A stretch of DNA of 64,000 bases from a virus. This document shows, in pieces, positions 1 to 9,698 of the stretch (position 1 is its first letter; every line of letters begins with the position of its first letter). A program made the translations under genes and the position numbers. Under the pieces are notes generated by a model that saw nothing but the letters and a program-made list of their open reading frames with translations, was not told the origin of the DNA and did not search any database. Where the stretch lies: positions 32,348-96,347 of the IMG/VR virus record IMGVR_UViG_3300037755_000850; one strand, given 5' to 3'.

Positions 1-6
1 AGCCAA

Positions 7-918
7 ATGGCAACCAAGACCAGAAGAAAACCCGTCAATATCGACGCCATGGCCAGAGATGTATCTTTCGACGATGAGGCCAAAGCACCGGCTCCACCGC
101 CAAAAGACATCAAGCTGGACATCAAGACCGAGACCATTACTCCCGATATTGCAAGGCAGTATCTGGGGGTAAATTTCGGTCACAACCGCAAGGTTATCAG
201 CTCCTATGTCCGCCGCTATGCTGATGACATGGCGGGTGGGCGCTGGCGCTTTGAAGCCTCAGACCCGATCCGGTTCAACATCAATGGCGAGTTGATTGAC
301 GGTCAACACCGCTTGCATGCGGTGGTTGCCACCGGCATCGCAACGCCTTTCATCGTCATACGCGGCATTCCTGTTGAGGCTATCCATGTCATTGACACCG
401 GCAAGGCGCGCTCACCGTCTGATGCCTTGAAGATCAGCGGGTTTCACAATACGGTCCTGCTGGCCTCAGCCCTGCGCCACCTGTTGATCATCAAGGATGG
501 CCCGCTGCAACTCAAGACGCCACGCTGGCGGACTCACAGTGACATCATCGCCGCTGCCCAGCAGCACAAAGACATTATTCCGTGGGTAACACGCATTCGT
601 CCTGTGCGCGGCGTAAGGCCGTCACAAGTGGTGACGATGAGCTATGTAGGCGACCAATTGCTTGGTCTTCCGGACACCGCCCATCGCTTCATGACCGTGT
701 TCAATACGGGTGTTCCCGATTATGAGGGATGCCCCGCACATCGTTTGCGTGAACAACTGATTGCGTCAGCAGGGCACAAGGGCAATCGCGCGTCCAGTTC
801 ATGGTCCTTGATGATGATGGCGCATGTGTGGAACCTGTTTGCAAAGCGCAAAGCCATTCAGCAATTGAAGCCCCCTTTGCAAGTTTCCATTGACGGACTT
901 GACAGCGATCTGATTTGA
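7..918 (+). CDS. ParB/Srx-like N-terminal domain protein
   Basis: 303-aa ORF with N-R...Y..DM..G.W....PI.F...G.LIDGQHRL motif typical of ParB-like phage proteins. Confidence 0.7.
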   Translation: MATKTRRKPVNIDAMARDVSFDDEAKAPAPPPKDIKLDIKTETITPDIARQYLGVNFGHNRKVISSYVRRYADDMAGGRWRFEASDPIRFNINGELIDGQHRLHAVVATGIATPFIVIRGIPVEAIHVIDTGKARSPSDALKISGFHNTVLLASALRHLLIIKDGPLQLKTPRWRTHSDIIAAAQQHKDIIPWVTRIRPVRGVRPSQVVTMSYVGDQLLGLPDTAHRFMTVFNTGVPDYEGCPAHRLREQLIASAGHKGNRASSSWSLMMMAHVWNLFAKRKAIQQLKPPLQVSIDGLDSDLI

Positions 919-952
919 TGTCAGAGACTTGGTAATATAAGGAGAGAGTTAC

Positions 953-1870
953 ATGGCAATAAACGAAACGCTTACGAAAAAAACACATAGCGATCAGGTC
1001 AAGCCGTCACAACTCCTGTCGGATCGCAAACGTGACATCCGCAAGGTTAAGCCCATCGATGACATGATGGGTATTCAGCCTAACAAGGTATCAACTTCCG
1101 AGCCGGAATTCATTCACGTCGATCCCAAGGAGGTCTATATTGACGGGACATATCAGCGTGATGTGACCCGTCAGGGAATGAAGCTCATTCTCAATATCAT
1201 CGAGAATTTTTCCTGGTCGAAATTCAAACCCCCTGTCCTGACGCGTGACGACAAGGATCGTCTGATTGCCATTGATGGCCAGCATACGCTGATTGGTGCG
1301 GCCAGCCATCCGGAAATCAAGAGAATCCCCGCAATCTTCATTCCCTTGAAGAGTGTGGAGGATCAGGCATCTTCTTTTGTCTCGCACAACACCGCCAAGG
1401 TGAATGTTCCGGTGATGGATTTGTTTTTTGCCCAATTGGCGCAAAAAGATCAAACCACAATGGACATTTACAATGTTCTGGTAAAAAATGGCATTGAGTT
1501 GCTTCGCTTCATGTCCGGTGCGACTACTGGCTCTTATGAGCCGAACACCACCATGGCGATCGGAGCCTTGAAGGAAATCTACCGGAAACACGGCAAGGCG
1601 AAACTGGATAATATTCTTGCCATGTGTGCGGAATGTGGCTTTACGCCGATCCGCCGCGATCATCTGATTGCCCTGAAAGAACTGCTTTACGGTCGCAAGG
1701 AAGAGCGCGGTGAGATTGATCAGGATCTTCTGATTGAAACCATCAAGAGCTTGAATGACACCACGTCACGCATGCGCGCGGCGAGCATTGCTAGCACCAC
1801 GCAAGTCTCTCAGGCGATAGGTCTGGCGATATTCTGGCGTAACCAATATTACCGGCTTTACGCTCAGTAA
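953..1870 (+). CDS. ParB-like protein (DUF6551-like)
   Basis: RBS AAGGAG; ID.TYQR and IDGQHT motifs; 305 aa. Confidence 0.65.
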   Translation: MAINETLTKKTHSDQVKPSQLLSDRKRDIRKVKPIDDMMGIQPNKVSTSEPEFIHVDPKEVYIDGTYQRDVTRQGMKLILNIIENFSWSKFKPPVLTRDDKDRLIAIDGQHTLIGAASHPEIKRIPAIFIPLKSVEDQASSFVSHNTAKVNVPVMDLFFAQLAQKDQTTMDIYNVLVKNGIELLRFMSGATTGSYEPNTTMAIGALKEIYRKHGKAKLDNILAMCAECGFTPIRRDHLIALKELLYGRKEERGEIDQDLLIETIKSLNDTTSRMRAASIASTTQVSQAIGLAIFWRNQYYRLYAQ

Positions 1871-1895
1871 TATATCGCCATCAATGTAATGTAAC

Positions 1896-1927
1896 AAAGC
1901 CGGGGATATTTCTCCGGCTTTTTCTTT
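1896..1927 (+). terminator. Intrinsic terminator
   Basis: AAAGCCGGGGA-tatt-TCTCCGGCTTT hairpin followed by T-run, after the ParB-like pair. Confidence 0.7.
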
Positions 1928-1941
1928 AACTGGATTTGCAC

Positions 1942-2796
1942 ATGACGAAAATTTCTCTATGCTCAGATTTGCATCTGGAATTCTGCCAAGCACCCGAACT
2001 TCCTGGTGGCGATATTCTGATTCTGGCAGGTGACATTTTTCAAGTATCACTGCTGGCCCCTCACCGAACTGACAAGGAAGCCAGAAAGGCGCGGGACCGG
2101 GCGGTCAAATTTTGCACCGAGCAATTGCGCAAATACCATGCGGTGTTTTATGTGACCGGAAATCATGAATATTATAGCAGTCTGATAGAAACGGCTGACC
2201 AGTCGCTCCGGGAGTTTCTGAGGCAATACGCACCCAATGTCAGGTTCCTCGATAACAGTATTGATCACATGGACGGTGTGACTTTCATTGGCTCCACGCT
2301 CTGGGCCAGAAGTTGCGCTGGAACAGCCGAGGAATGGCGGGCCGCGCGAGCCATGAATGATTTTTCCCGAATCAAGACCAGCGCAGAACCACCAGAGGGT
2401 ATGCGTCTGTATCACAAGCAGCGTGCCTTTCAGCCTGTTGACGCCAATCGCCTCTATCAGATCAACAGACAGTTCATCACCGACGCTGCCGCCGCTATCA
2501 ATGGGCCAATCATCCTGATTACCCATCACGCACCCTGCTTTGCCAGTGGTCACGGCGTGGACTTCAACGCAGCCTATCTGGATGATGTTTATTGCGGTGA
2601 TCTTGTTGACATTCTCTTCGAACACCCGCATATAAAATATGCCGTACATGGTCATACCCATTGTGCGGAGAACTACAAGGTGGGTGAAACCAGAGTTCTG
2701 TCCAATCCACGTGGGTATTTCCCCGATGAACGGATATCACGCCACTTTGACCCTGAGCAATTTTCATTTGAGCTAGAGGATCTGAAAAATGGATGA
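1942..2796 (+). CDS. Calcineurin-like metallophosphoesterase
   Basis: SDLH, AGDI, GNHE, THHAP and HGHTH motifs. Confidence 0.9.
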   Translation: MTKISLCSDLHLEFCQAPELPGGDILILAGDIFQVSLLAPHRTDKEARKARDRAVKFCTEQLRKYHAVFYVTGNHEYYSSLIETADQSLREFLRQYAPNVRFLDNSIDHMDGVTFIGSTLWARSCAGTAEEWRAARAMNDFSRIKTSAEPPEGMRLYHKQRAFQPVDANRLYQINRQFITDAAAAINGPIILITHHAPCFASGHGVDFNAAYLDDVYCGDLVDILFEHPHIKYAVHGHTHCAENYKVGETRVLSNPRGYFPDERISRHFDPEQFSFELEDLKNG

Positions 2797-3199
2797 CACG
2801 ATTTTAAGCAAAACGACACTCAGCGGCAGGGATGCGGAAAAGTTCTTTGAACTTCTTAGTGGCGGTGAAAAAAAGCGTGATGAAGACGGCCTGCCGCGCG
2901 ATGTTCAGGTTCTGCGGCTTCAGGAAGCCTATCGCCAGTTTCAGGAAACTCATGAGTTTGAGCCCGGCGATATCGTCCAGGTCAAGCCGTCGCTTTACGG
3001 CAATTTCTACTACCCGAAACCGGGCCAGCCAGCGTTGGTCATCAAGAAACATAATCCACCCCTGATGTCTACGGAAGCCGACTCAGGCGATCCTGCTTTT
3101 GGCCGTGAATTTGATGTTTCGGTGCGCGTCTGCGTGGAGGACAGGATCGTCGAATTCCCCTATAGCAGCGAGCTGCTGGAGCCTTATCAGGGCAAGTAA
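2789..3199 (+). CDS. Hypothetical phage protein
   Basis: 136-aa ORF overlapping the upstream gene, with RBS. Confidence 0.7.
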   Translation: MDDTILSKTTLSGRDAEKFFELLSGGEKKRDEDGLPRDVQVLRLQEAYRQFQETHEFEPGDIVQVKPSLYGNFYYPKPGQPALVIKKHNPPLMSTEADSGDPAFGREFDVSVRVCVEDRIVEFPYSSELLEPYQGK

Positions 3200-3210
3200 T
3201 GGGGTGAGGC

Positions 3211-3612
3211 ATGGGTCTCTACCAGCTTGAACTCATCCCGCAGCGTATCCGCTTCGCCGTCTTCGAGGCGCAGAACTGGCGGTGTTGCTATTGCGGCTTG
3301 CGCATGCATGCTGGCGAGCCTTGGGAATGCGAAATCCGTTATGCCAGATTTAACGGATTTCGCTACCGGGCTGGCAATGAAAGAGTTCGGTGGTTCCTGC
3401 GAAATTCACGGGCAACGATCGAACATCTCACCCGCAGGGCGGATGGCGGCACGCATTATTACGACAATCTGACTGGGGCTTGCAATTGGTGCAACTCCAA
3501 TCGTCAGGAACGCGGCGCGATGGAGTGGTTCGAAGAAATCCAGAAACTGGTTGCGAGCGGCGAACACCCGTTCGCCAGCCTGATCAATCGGGGCTTTGAC
3601 AATGAATTCTGA
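3211..3612 (+). CDS. Free-standing HNH endonuclease
   Basis: CCYC ... TIEHL..RADGG....DNL..ACNWCN. Confidence 0.85.
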   Translation: MGLYQLELIPQRIRFAVFEAQNWRCCYCGLRMHAGEPWECEIRYARFNGFRYRAGNERVRWFLRNSRATIEHLTRRADGGTHYYDNLTGACNWCNSNRQERGAMEWFEEIQKLVASGEHPFASLINRGFDNEF

Positions 3613-3826
3613 TGAGATTTTGTTCATGTTGCTGATCCTGTTTCTCGGCTTTGTCTATTTGAGTGTCGGGGCTTTTTTTGCCTGGATCTTGGGGATTGCA
3701 TCGGGGACGTTCGTCTGGATTGCGGTGGCGATATGCTGGCCGATCATCAGTGTCCTTACATTATTCCTGATGATCATTGTTGCCGGGCTGATCAGTAGCG
3801 TGCTTTCAGCGATAAGGGGGGGATAG
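3596..3826 (+). CDS. Small membrane protein
   Basis: Almost entirely hydrophobic; start probably ATG 3602. Confidence 0.6.
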   Translation: MTMNSDEILFMLLILFLGFVYLSVGAFFAWILGIASGTFVWIAVAICWPIISVLTLFLMIIVAGLISSVLSAIRGG

Positions 3827-3828
3827 AT

Positions 3829-4239
3829 ATGCGCTCGCGTACCGTTTTGTTTGCCGTCGATCTCGTCATCGTTCGTGGACAGAAGATATTATTCGTTGTG
3901 CGTAAATATCCGCCATTTGAGGGCATGCTGGCCTTGCCGGGCGGGTTTGTCGAGGTGGATGAGACCGCCGAAGCTGCCGCCATCCGCGAGCTGGAAGAAG
4001 AAACCGGCGTCGTGCTTCCGGAAAGCGAATTGGCCTTCGTGAAACTGTCCTCTGAGACAAAGCGTGATCCTCGGGGCCGGGTGATCAGCGCGGCCTACAT
4101 GGCCAAGGTTCCATCCAGAACCAGGGCGGTTGCCGCCGATGATGCCCGCGAGGTGGTGTGGTTGACGCCGGAACAAGCTTTCCGGCGCGGCTTGGCCTTT
4201 GATCATGAAGATATTCTAACCGCAGCTCTGGAAGATTAA
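3829..4239 (+). CDS. Nudix hydrolase (ADP-ribose pyrophosphatase/NrtR-like)
   Basis: Nudix box GGFVEVDETAEAAAIRELEEETG; RDPRGR and LAFDH motifs. Confidence 0.9.
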   Translation: MRSRTVLFAVDLVIVRGQKILFVVRKYPPFEGMLALPGGFVEVDETAEAAAIRELEEETGVVLPESELAFVKLSSETKRDPRGRVISAAYMAKVPSRTRAVAADDAREVVWLTPEQAFRRGLAFDHEDILTAALED

Positions 4240-4240
4240 A

Positions 4241-4498
4241 ATGACAATGGCTGATCCCACCATAAAGGAAATCGAAGCACTTGTGGACCGGCTTGAGGGC
4301 CGGTATCCGATCGGGCCACATCTTCCCAATGGCAACCCTGAATTCGGATGGCGTCAATTCGAGGCAACGCCAATTAATATTGAAGCCGCCGCTGCTCTGC
4401 GTTTCCTTCTCAAGGAACAAAGGGCGGCAGAGGCTGCTCTTCGCATCGGGGCTTCTGTAATAGAGAGACTCGCTACAAAGAAAGATTCCAATGGCTGA
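4241..4498 (+). CDS. Hypothetical protein
   Basis: Tightly packed in operon. Confidence 0.55.
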   Translation: MTMADPTIKEIEALVDRLEGRYPIGPHLPNGNPEFGWRQFEATPINIEAAAALRFLLKEQRAAEAALRIGASVIERLATKKDSNG

Positions 4499-4826
4499 AA
4501 TTCCAGCGTGGCTAGCCGCCCGCCGCGCGCAGTCCTCTGATCTCAACAGCATGGAGTGGGACGCTCTGCGCACCGCTCAGGAACTGTTTGATCGCAATCA
4601 GGAAGGCTTGGTGAGCGGTGAAGCCTTCAATGCGGATGTGACGCCAGCGATTGAACTGGTGCGGCTGGTTCGGGATCGCGTCATTGATGAATGTGCCAAG
4701 GCCGTCAAGGATTGCATGCCATTCATGATCGAAAACGACGCCACTGGCGATGGCTATCGGGCTGCGTTGGCTGCTGCCGAACAGGCAATACTGGCACTGA
4801 AGGGAAATCCAGATGCCGAAAAGTAG
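4491..4826 (+). CDS. Hypothetical protein
   Basis: Overlaps neighbours in operon. Confidence 0.6.
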   Translation: MAEIPAWLAARRAQSSDLNSMEWDALRTAQELFDRNQEGLVSGEAFNADVTPAIELVRLVRDRVIDECAKAVKDCMPFMIENDATGDGYRAALAAAEQAILALKGNPDAEK

Positions 4827-5184
4827 GAATCTCGGTAAGATCGCCTATGAAGGCTATCATGGAACCAGGCATCGAGACTATGAAAAAACCTGGCCTTGGA
4901 CACCATTTGACGAAATAACTCAAGGTGAAAAAGAAAATTGGGACGATGCCGCTGATGCGGTTTGGGATTTGTGTCAGGCTGACGCCAGCGTAAAAGGCGA
5001 GACCGTATCGCGCGAAGGCGCTCTTCAAGCTAGCATCGGCGCGGAAGCCTTTGGAGAATGGCAAAAGCTCATGCGAAAGGCAATCAACGTCCAGAACGGT
5101 ATCGCAACCGAAGAAGAACGGCAGATTGTTGCCGAAGCGCTGTTGCGGCGACTGGATCGTGAAGGATTGATCCGGAATTTATAG
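4813..5184 (+). CDS. Hypothetical protein
   Basis: GKIAYEGY...W....W..AA motif common in phage hypotheticals. Confidence 0.6.
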   Translation: MPKSRNLGKIAYEGYHGTRHRDYEKTWPWTPFDEITQGEKENWDDAADAVWDLCQADASVKGETVSREGALQASIGAEAFGEWQKLMRKAINVQNGIATEEERQIVAEALLRRLDREGLIRNL

Positions 5185-5283
5185 CTGAGAATCACAAGCG
5201 TTTTATTATCACAAATCTACAACAAATCAAGAAAGGGCGGCGCTTCCTCCCCTACCTGAAGGGGTATCCGCGCCGCAAGATTG

Positions 5284-5511
5284 ATGATGTTTCTCCCGAC
5301 ATCCACATTGGAAATCATTTTCACGTTGCTGGAAATAGCCTTTGGAATCTGGCTTTATAGTATCGGCTATTCTGGTGCAGCGGGGCTCCTGGTTGGTGGT
5401 GCCGTCGCCGCTTTCGTCACCAGACGGATGACCCCTTATCATATGGCGATGTATGCAAGTCAGCTTCTAAAGGCGCAAAAAAATGCACAACCGGATGACC
5501 TGCCCCGTTGA
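5284..5511 (+). CDS. Small membrane protein
   Basis: Two hydrophobic segments. Confidence 0.45.
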   Translation: MMFLPTSTLEIIFTLLEIAFGIWLYSIGYSGAAGLLVGGAVAAFVTRRMTPYHMAMYASQLLKAQKNAQPDDLPR

Positions 5512-5794
5512 TGGCTGCATCAAGCGCGGCACCAAATCAGCTCTGGCCCAGCACGCCAAGGCCGTCCATCCTGCCATCGCCCGCACCTTGTATGAGCGTG
5601 CGGTTCTGGCGGGTCTGCATCTGGATCAATCGGGACGCTTGCTGAACCGGCCCCGCCGCCGCACGCTCTGGCACAGGCCAAAACGCACCACCCGGTTGCT
5701 CACCCGCGCCAATTGGGCCAGCCGGATCTTTTATGGACTATCATTCGTGCTTATCGGATTCCTCTATCTTGCCAAATACCATAATATATTCTAA
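5483..5794 (+). CDS. C2H2 zinc-finger protein with C-terminal TM helix
   Basis: CPVDGC...ALAQHAKAVH; hydrophobic C-terminus. Confidence 0.5.
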   Translation: MHNRMTCPVDGCIKRGTKSALAQHAKAVHPAIARTLYERAVLAGLHLDQSGRLLNRPRRRTLWHRPKRTTRLLTRANWASRIFYGLSFVLIGFLYLAKYHNIF

Positions 5795-5835
5795 TTATGG
5801 TAGGAACGGAATATCTTATATGAGGGAATCACCTA

Positions 5836-6087
5836 ATGCGAGTTGTCCCCAGAAGCATCATCAAGGCGGGCCGCGCCCTGTTGTCGTGGACGCAAAGAGA
5901 TCTGGCCATGGCGATCAAGTCCGATGTCGCAACGGTTGCCCGGTATGAATCCGGGGCCGGAATGCATGATGACACCATGTCACGGATTATCGACAAATTT
6001 GAGGAAAGCGGCATCGAGATCATCTTTCACGATGACGTTGCCGTGGGTGTGCGTTTCGTGAAAGCCGAAGATCATATCCCGAGATGA
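5836..6087 (+). CDS. XRE-family HTH regulator (alphaproteobacterial type)
   Basis: IKAGRALLSWTQRDLA...VATVARYE...FEESGIE.....GVR. Confidence 0.85.
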   Translation: MRVVPRSIIKAGRALLSWTQRDLAMAIKSDVATVARYESGAGMHDDTMSRIIDKFEESGIEIIFHDDVAVGVRFVKAEDHIPR

Positions 6088-6093
6088 CCCACC

Positions 6094-6552
6094 ATGTTCA
6101 TACCCTGCGATAATAACAAGCTCATCCATTCCGGCAACATCACCTATGTCTGGCTGAGCGATGACGGTGCGCTGCGAGCAATCAATCGCGACGGCGAGAC
6201 CTTCCTGATTCCGGATTGCGATCTGGAGACCATCGAGACCATGGGATGCCCTACAGTTCAAGCTGGCGACGGCTATGTCAAGCTGTTCTTCAGCTTTACC
6301 GATCGGGACAGTTTCGAAGAGCACCCGGTTCTGGCCTGGAGACTACGCACCCCTTATGCCCCGGAAGCCATCAGTCTGTTTGATGATCAGTTCGTCCCGC
6401 CCGGCCTCACCGCTGTTCGTTATCCGGATGGGCGCATCATGGTGATGGATGCCGATGAGAACACCCCGACCATAGCCGACACCAAGGCATGGAAAAATTA
6501 CGCCAGCCAAGAACGGTTGAAATGGCTGCGCAATGGAGAAAATAATAAATGA
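6094..6552 (+). CDS. Hypothetical protein
   Basis: 152-aa ORF in operon. Confidence 0.6.
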   Translation: MFIPCDNNKLIHSGNITYVWLSDDGALRAINRDGETFLIPDCDLETIETMGCPTVQAGDGYVKLFFSFTDRDSFEEHPVLAWRLRTPYAPEAISLFDDQFVPPGLTAVRYPDGRIMVMDADENTPTIADTKAWKNYASQERLKWLRNGENNK

Positions 6553-6866
6553 AAGAATTTACAATCGCCATATTGGTGATTTTCGGCGTTATCGTTCTGA
6601 CGGTGATTTCCTGCCTTCTGTCTGGGTGGGTATTGACCATTCTATGGGGCTGGTTCCTGGTGCCATTCGGTCTTGCGCAGATCAACCTTGCGCACGGGAT
6701 TGGCATTTGCCTCGCTGGCAGGATCATCAGCGGGTCCGCCACTCGCGTCGAGCCTCACAATGCGAGTGAAGATCCTTTCGAGCGCATGGGCCGCGTGATG
6801 ATCACCGTGATCGTCGCACCGCTGACGGCGCTGCTGATCGGCTGGATTGCACAGATGTTCATGTAA
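6549..6866 (+). CDS. Membrane protein
   Basis: Three hydrophobic helices; LWGWFLVP motif. Confidence 0.7.
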   Translation: MKEFTIAILVIFGVIVLTVISCLLSGWVLTILWGWFLVPFGLAQINLAHGIGICLAGRIISGSATRVEPHNASEDPFERMGRVMITVIVAPLTALLIGWIAQMFM

Positions 6867-7174
6867 AAAATGAACGGCAGTTAAACGGGGGATCTAAGCC
6901 CGGATAACTGCCGCTCAAGTGCTCAGACAAAGGAGAAAGTCGAGTGGATTTTTTATGTCATAGCTCGTGATCGGGGGCAAGTGGACGATGCGGATTTTCC
7001 GAAAGTTTTTGTTATCCGGCCCCCAGTAAGCCGTTACCCAAACGCAACACAGACAACAGGTCCACCCGGCATAACTCACTTTTCTCTTTTTCTTGCCACA
7101 AATGGCGGGCTAAACAGTCCCCACATCGGCGTCGAATCCCCACCGGGACCGACATCTTACAAAGGAGATTATCG

Positions 7175-7843
7175 ATGCGAATTCTATCAACTTCAGCAAT
7201 TGCCCTGATTGCGGCGGCTAGCCTTAGTGGCTCGGCGCTGGCGGCGGATGTTCTGGATCGGCAGTATGAAGATAAGTATGCTGACCAGCCCGCAGGCGTC
7301 CATGTTGACTGGTCTGGCGTGTATGTCGGCGGCGCTATCGGATATGGTCTAGCCAATTATGAACTAGAAGGAAACGGTTTTCCATTCTCGTTTGACGGAA
7401 TTTCCGGCAATGGTTTTCAAGGGTGTGGAATTGTTGGCGCTCAAAGGCAGATGGGGATCATGGTTGCCGGTCTGGAGGGGCGCGGCTGCGGTGCGAACAT
7501 TTCGACCGGTCTGAAAATCGGCGCAAATGAAGCAAGTTTCGAGCTTGATTATTCTTATGCGGCCTATGCCAAGCTTGGTCTCGCGCAGGATGATTTCCTT
7601 GTTTCAGCTCTGGCTGGCTATAAATGGCAGCATGTCTCGCTGGATGCCTTCAATTTTGACGATACCATCGAGGGTTTCTCTGGCGGGCTGCTTGTCGAAA
7701 ACAAGCTTGACGAGGCTGGGCGCTGGAATCTCGGTTTCGAGATGCTGTTCACTCAGTTTGAGGAACAAGATGCCGTCATCCTGAATATCGACCCGACAGA
7801 ATATGAGGGCAATATTCGCCTGACTTATACGCTCGGTCGGTAA
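7175..7843 (+). CDS. Outer-membrane beta-barrel protein (Omp25/RopB-like)
   Basis: Signal peptide ending ALAAD; DWSGVYVGGAIGYG motif; C-terminal amphipathic strand; RBS AAGGAG. Confidence 0.8.
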   Translation: MRILSTSAIALIAAASLSGSALAADVLDRQYEDKYADQPAGVHVDWSGVYVGGAIGYGLANYELEGNGFPFSFDGISGNGFQGCGIVGAQRQMGIMVAGLEGRGCGANISTGLKIGANEASFELDYSYAAYAKLGLAQDDFLVSALAGYKWQHVSLDAFNFDDTIEGFSGGLLVENKLDEAGRWNLGFEMLFTQFEEQDAVILNIDPTEYEGNIRLTYTLGR

Positions 7844-7875
7844 TTCGTCAAAAAGTGCCAACAATGGAGACTATC

Positions 7876-8835
7876 ATGAAAAAACTGTCAACTTTCCTGA
7901 TTGCATCTGCCGCGCTCGTGTCGGTAGGCAGTCAGGCCCATGCTTTGGATTGCGTGACGAATACGCCCGTCGAAGCATCAGACGGCGCTGGACTTCTCGG
8001 CGCTGTTTTCGGTGGCCCGACCGTCAACATGGACGGCACCGCCACTTGCGACACGCTCAGCACTGCCGACATCAACACGGCGCTGGACGGCAAGGCCGAC
8101 AAGGCGGACACTTACACGAAAGGCGAGGTTGACGCTGACAACGCCAGCCAGGATGCGGCGATTTCAGCGAACACCGCCACGAACGCCAGCCAGCAGACCG
8201 AGATTGACGCCAACACGGCATCAAACACGGCACAGGACGCCACGCTTGCAGATCATGAAAACCGGATCACGGATAATGAAAGCGACATTGGCGATCTTCA
8301 GACCGAGAACGCCAGCCAGCAGACCGAAATCGACAGCAACACGGCGAAGAACGTCGATCAGGACGGCAGGCTTGATGGCCACGACGCGGATATTGCAGAC
8401 CATGAAACGCGCATCACGGCGAACAAGGACAAGAACGATCAGCAGGACGCAACGCTGATCGATCACGACAGCCGGATCACGACAAACACGAATAAGAACA
8501 TTCAGCAGGATACCCGGCTTGACGGTCACGACACACAGCTCGCAAATCACAATGCGCGGCTGAATGCTCATGACGACATTCTCGCCGGTCATGGCGAAAC
8601 GCTGGAAGACCACGCCAAAGGCTTGGCCATCGCAATGGCTCTGCCGGACGCATGGCTGAGCGACAGCAAGTCTTTCGGCATCTTCGGTTCTGTCGGTGGC
8701 TTTGATGATGAAACCGCGCTCGGCTTTGCCGCTATTGGCAGGCTTGATGAAACCTGGTCCGTGAACGGCAAGCTCGGTGCTGACACCGATTTCGATCATT
8801 TTGGCTGGCAGGCTGGTTTCGGCGCACAGTGGTAA
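7876..8835 (+). CDS. YadA-like trimeric autotransporter adhesin
   Basis: Signal peptide; stalk repeats (DHExRIT, NASQQTEID); anchor GLAIAMAL...GGFDDETALG ending in W. Confidence 0.8.
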   Translation: MKKLSTFLIASAALVSVGSQAHALDCVTNTPVEASDGAGLLGAVFGGPTVNMDGTATCDTLSTADINTALDGKADKADTYTKGEVDADNASQDAAISANTATNASQQTEIDANTASNTAQDATLADHENRITDNESDIGDLQTENASQQTEIDSNTAKNVDQDGRLDGHDADIADHETRITANKDKNDQQDATLIDHDSRITTNTNKNIQQDTRLDGHDTQLANHNARLNAHDDILAGHGETLEDHAKGLAIAMALPDAWLSDSKSFGIFGSVGGFDDETALGFAAIGRLDETWSVNGKLGADTDFDHFGWQAGFGAQW

Positions 8836-8891
8836 AATAAACTCGAAATCCCCTCTCTGCTGGCACAGCAGCAGAGTTGTGGTGCCCTGAA

Positions 8892-8929
8892 GCCGCCGAG
8901 CTAACACCCACCGCTCGGCGGTTTTTTTT
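8892..8929 (+). terminator. Intrinsic terminator
   Basis: GCCGCCGAGC...GCTCGGCGGT hairpin plus T-run. Confidence 0.8.
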
Positions 8930-8942
8930 ATCGGAGACCATC

Positions 8943-9215
8943 ATGAAGACATTTGACGAAAAACTGCTCAGTCTCATAATGGAAGAAACCAAGGGCAAGT
9001 TTGTCCCCACCGGCTTGCCGGAGGAAAAGTTTGCCGAGATCATCGAGGCGCTGGCGGCGCATCTGGGCAAGTTCATCGCCATTCAAACCAGCGGCGATGC
9101 CAAGACCATGGGCACCATACTTGACGGTTCCAGTTCCCATATGTACGAAGTCGCGGCGGAATTTCAGGCCCATGGTCAGTTGCTTGCCGGTCTGGCCAGT
9201 TTCAAGAAGAAATAA
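8943..9215 (+). CDS. Hypothetical protein
   Basis: RBS GGAG before ATG 8943. Confidence 0.6.
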   Translation: MKTFDEKLLSLIMEETKGKFVPTGLPEEKFAEIIEALAAHLGKFIAIQTSGDAKTMGTILDGSSSHMYEVAAEFQAHGQLLAGLASFKKK

Positions 9216-9281
9216 CAAGTCTTGATATTCCAGAGCATACGGCTTAAATTCTATTGAGTTTTGTTCAATGGGAGTCTCATT

Positions 9282-9587
9282 ATGGAAATCGTATTTTTAA
9301 TTCTCGGGGTTTTGATATTTTGGTCATTTTTAGTCGGAGTTCTGTCACCGCGATCAACCGATCGATTCAGCAAAAGCTATTGGGATTACATGGACCGCTT
9401 TGAGGCTCGGGAGTGGGCCTACAAAATGGAGATGTATGAAGCGGACTGCGCGCGGCTCCGCAAAAGGCTTCGCCACAAGATCGGCGACGGCAAAGAACCG
9501 GGCGCTCCCGGAACCCCGATCGGAAAATCAGTAGAATGGTACGAAACAGACTATCCGGCACTTGACACAGGCGAGTTGATAGAATAA
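9282..9587 (+). CDS. Membrane-anchored hypothetical protein
   Basis: N-terminal TM helix; RBS GGGAG. Confidence 0.55.
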   Translation: MEIVFLILGVLIFWSFLVGVLSPRSTDRFSKSYWDYMDRFEAREWAYKMEMYEADCARLRKRLRHKIGDGKEPGAPGTPIGKSVEWYETDYPALDTGELIE

Positions 9588-9590
9588 ATT
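9562..9590 (+). promoter_or_regulatory. Sigma70-type promoter for tRNA cluster
   Basis: TTGACA-17-TAAATT, 11 nt upstream of tRNA-Phe. Confidence 0.65.
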
Positions 9591-9601
9591 CTATGGAAGT
9601 T

Positions 9602-9676
9602 GCCGGGGTAGCTCAGTGGTAGAGCACGCGACTGAAAATTGCGGTGTCGGACGTTCAAACCGTTCCCCCGGCACCA
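9602..9676 (+). tRNA. tRNA-Phe(GAA)
   Basis: Cloverleaf; loop CTGAAAA; encoded CCA. Confidence 0.92.
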
Positions 9677-9698
9677 CGCTCTTTGACATTTTCATTTC

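Noticed and set aside
8130-8600. CRISPR array or DNA repeat element
   Set aside because: The repeats are in-frame coiled-coil stalk repeats of the YadA-like protein, with no repeat-spacer pattern
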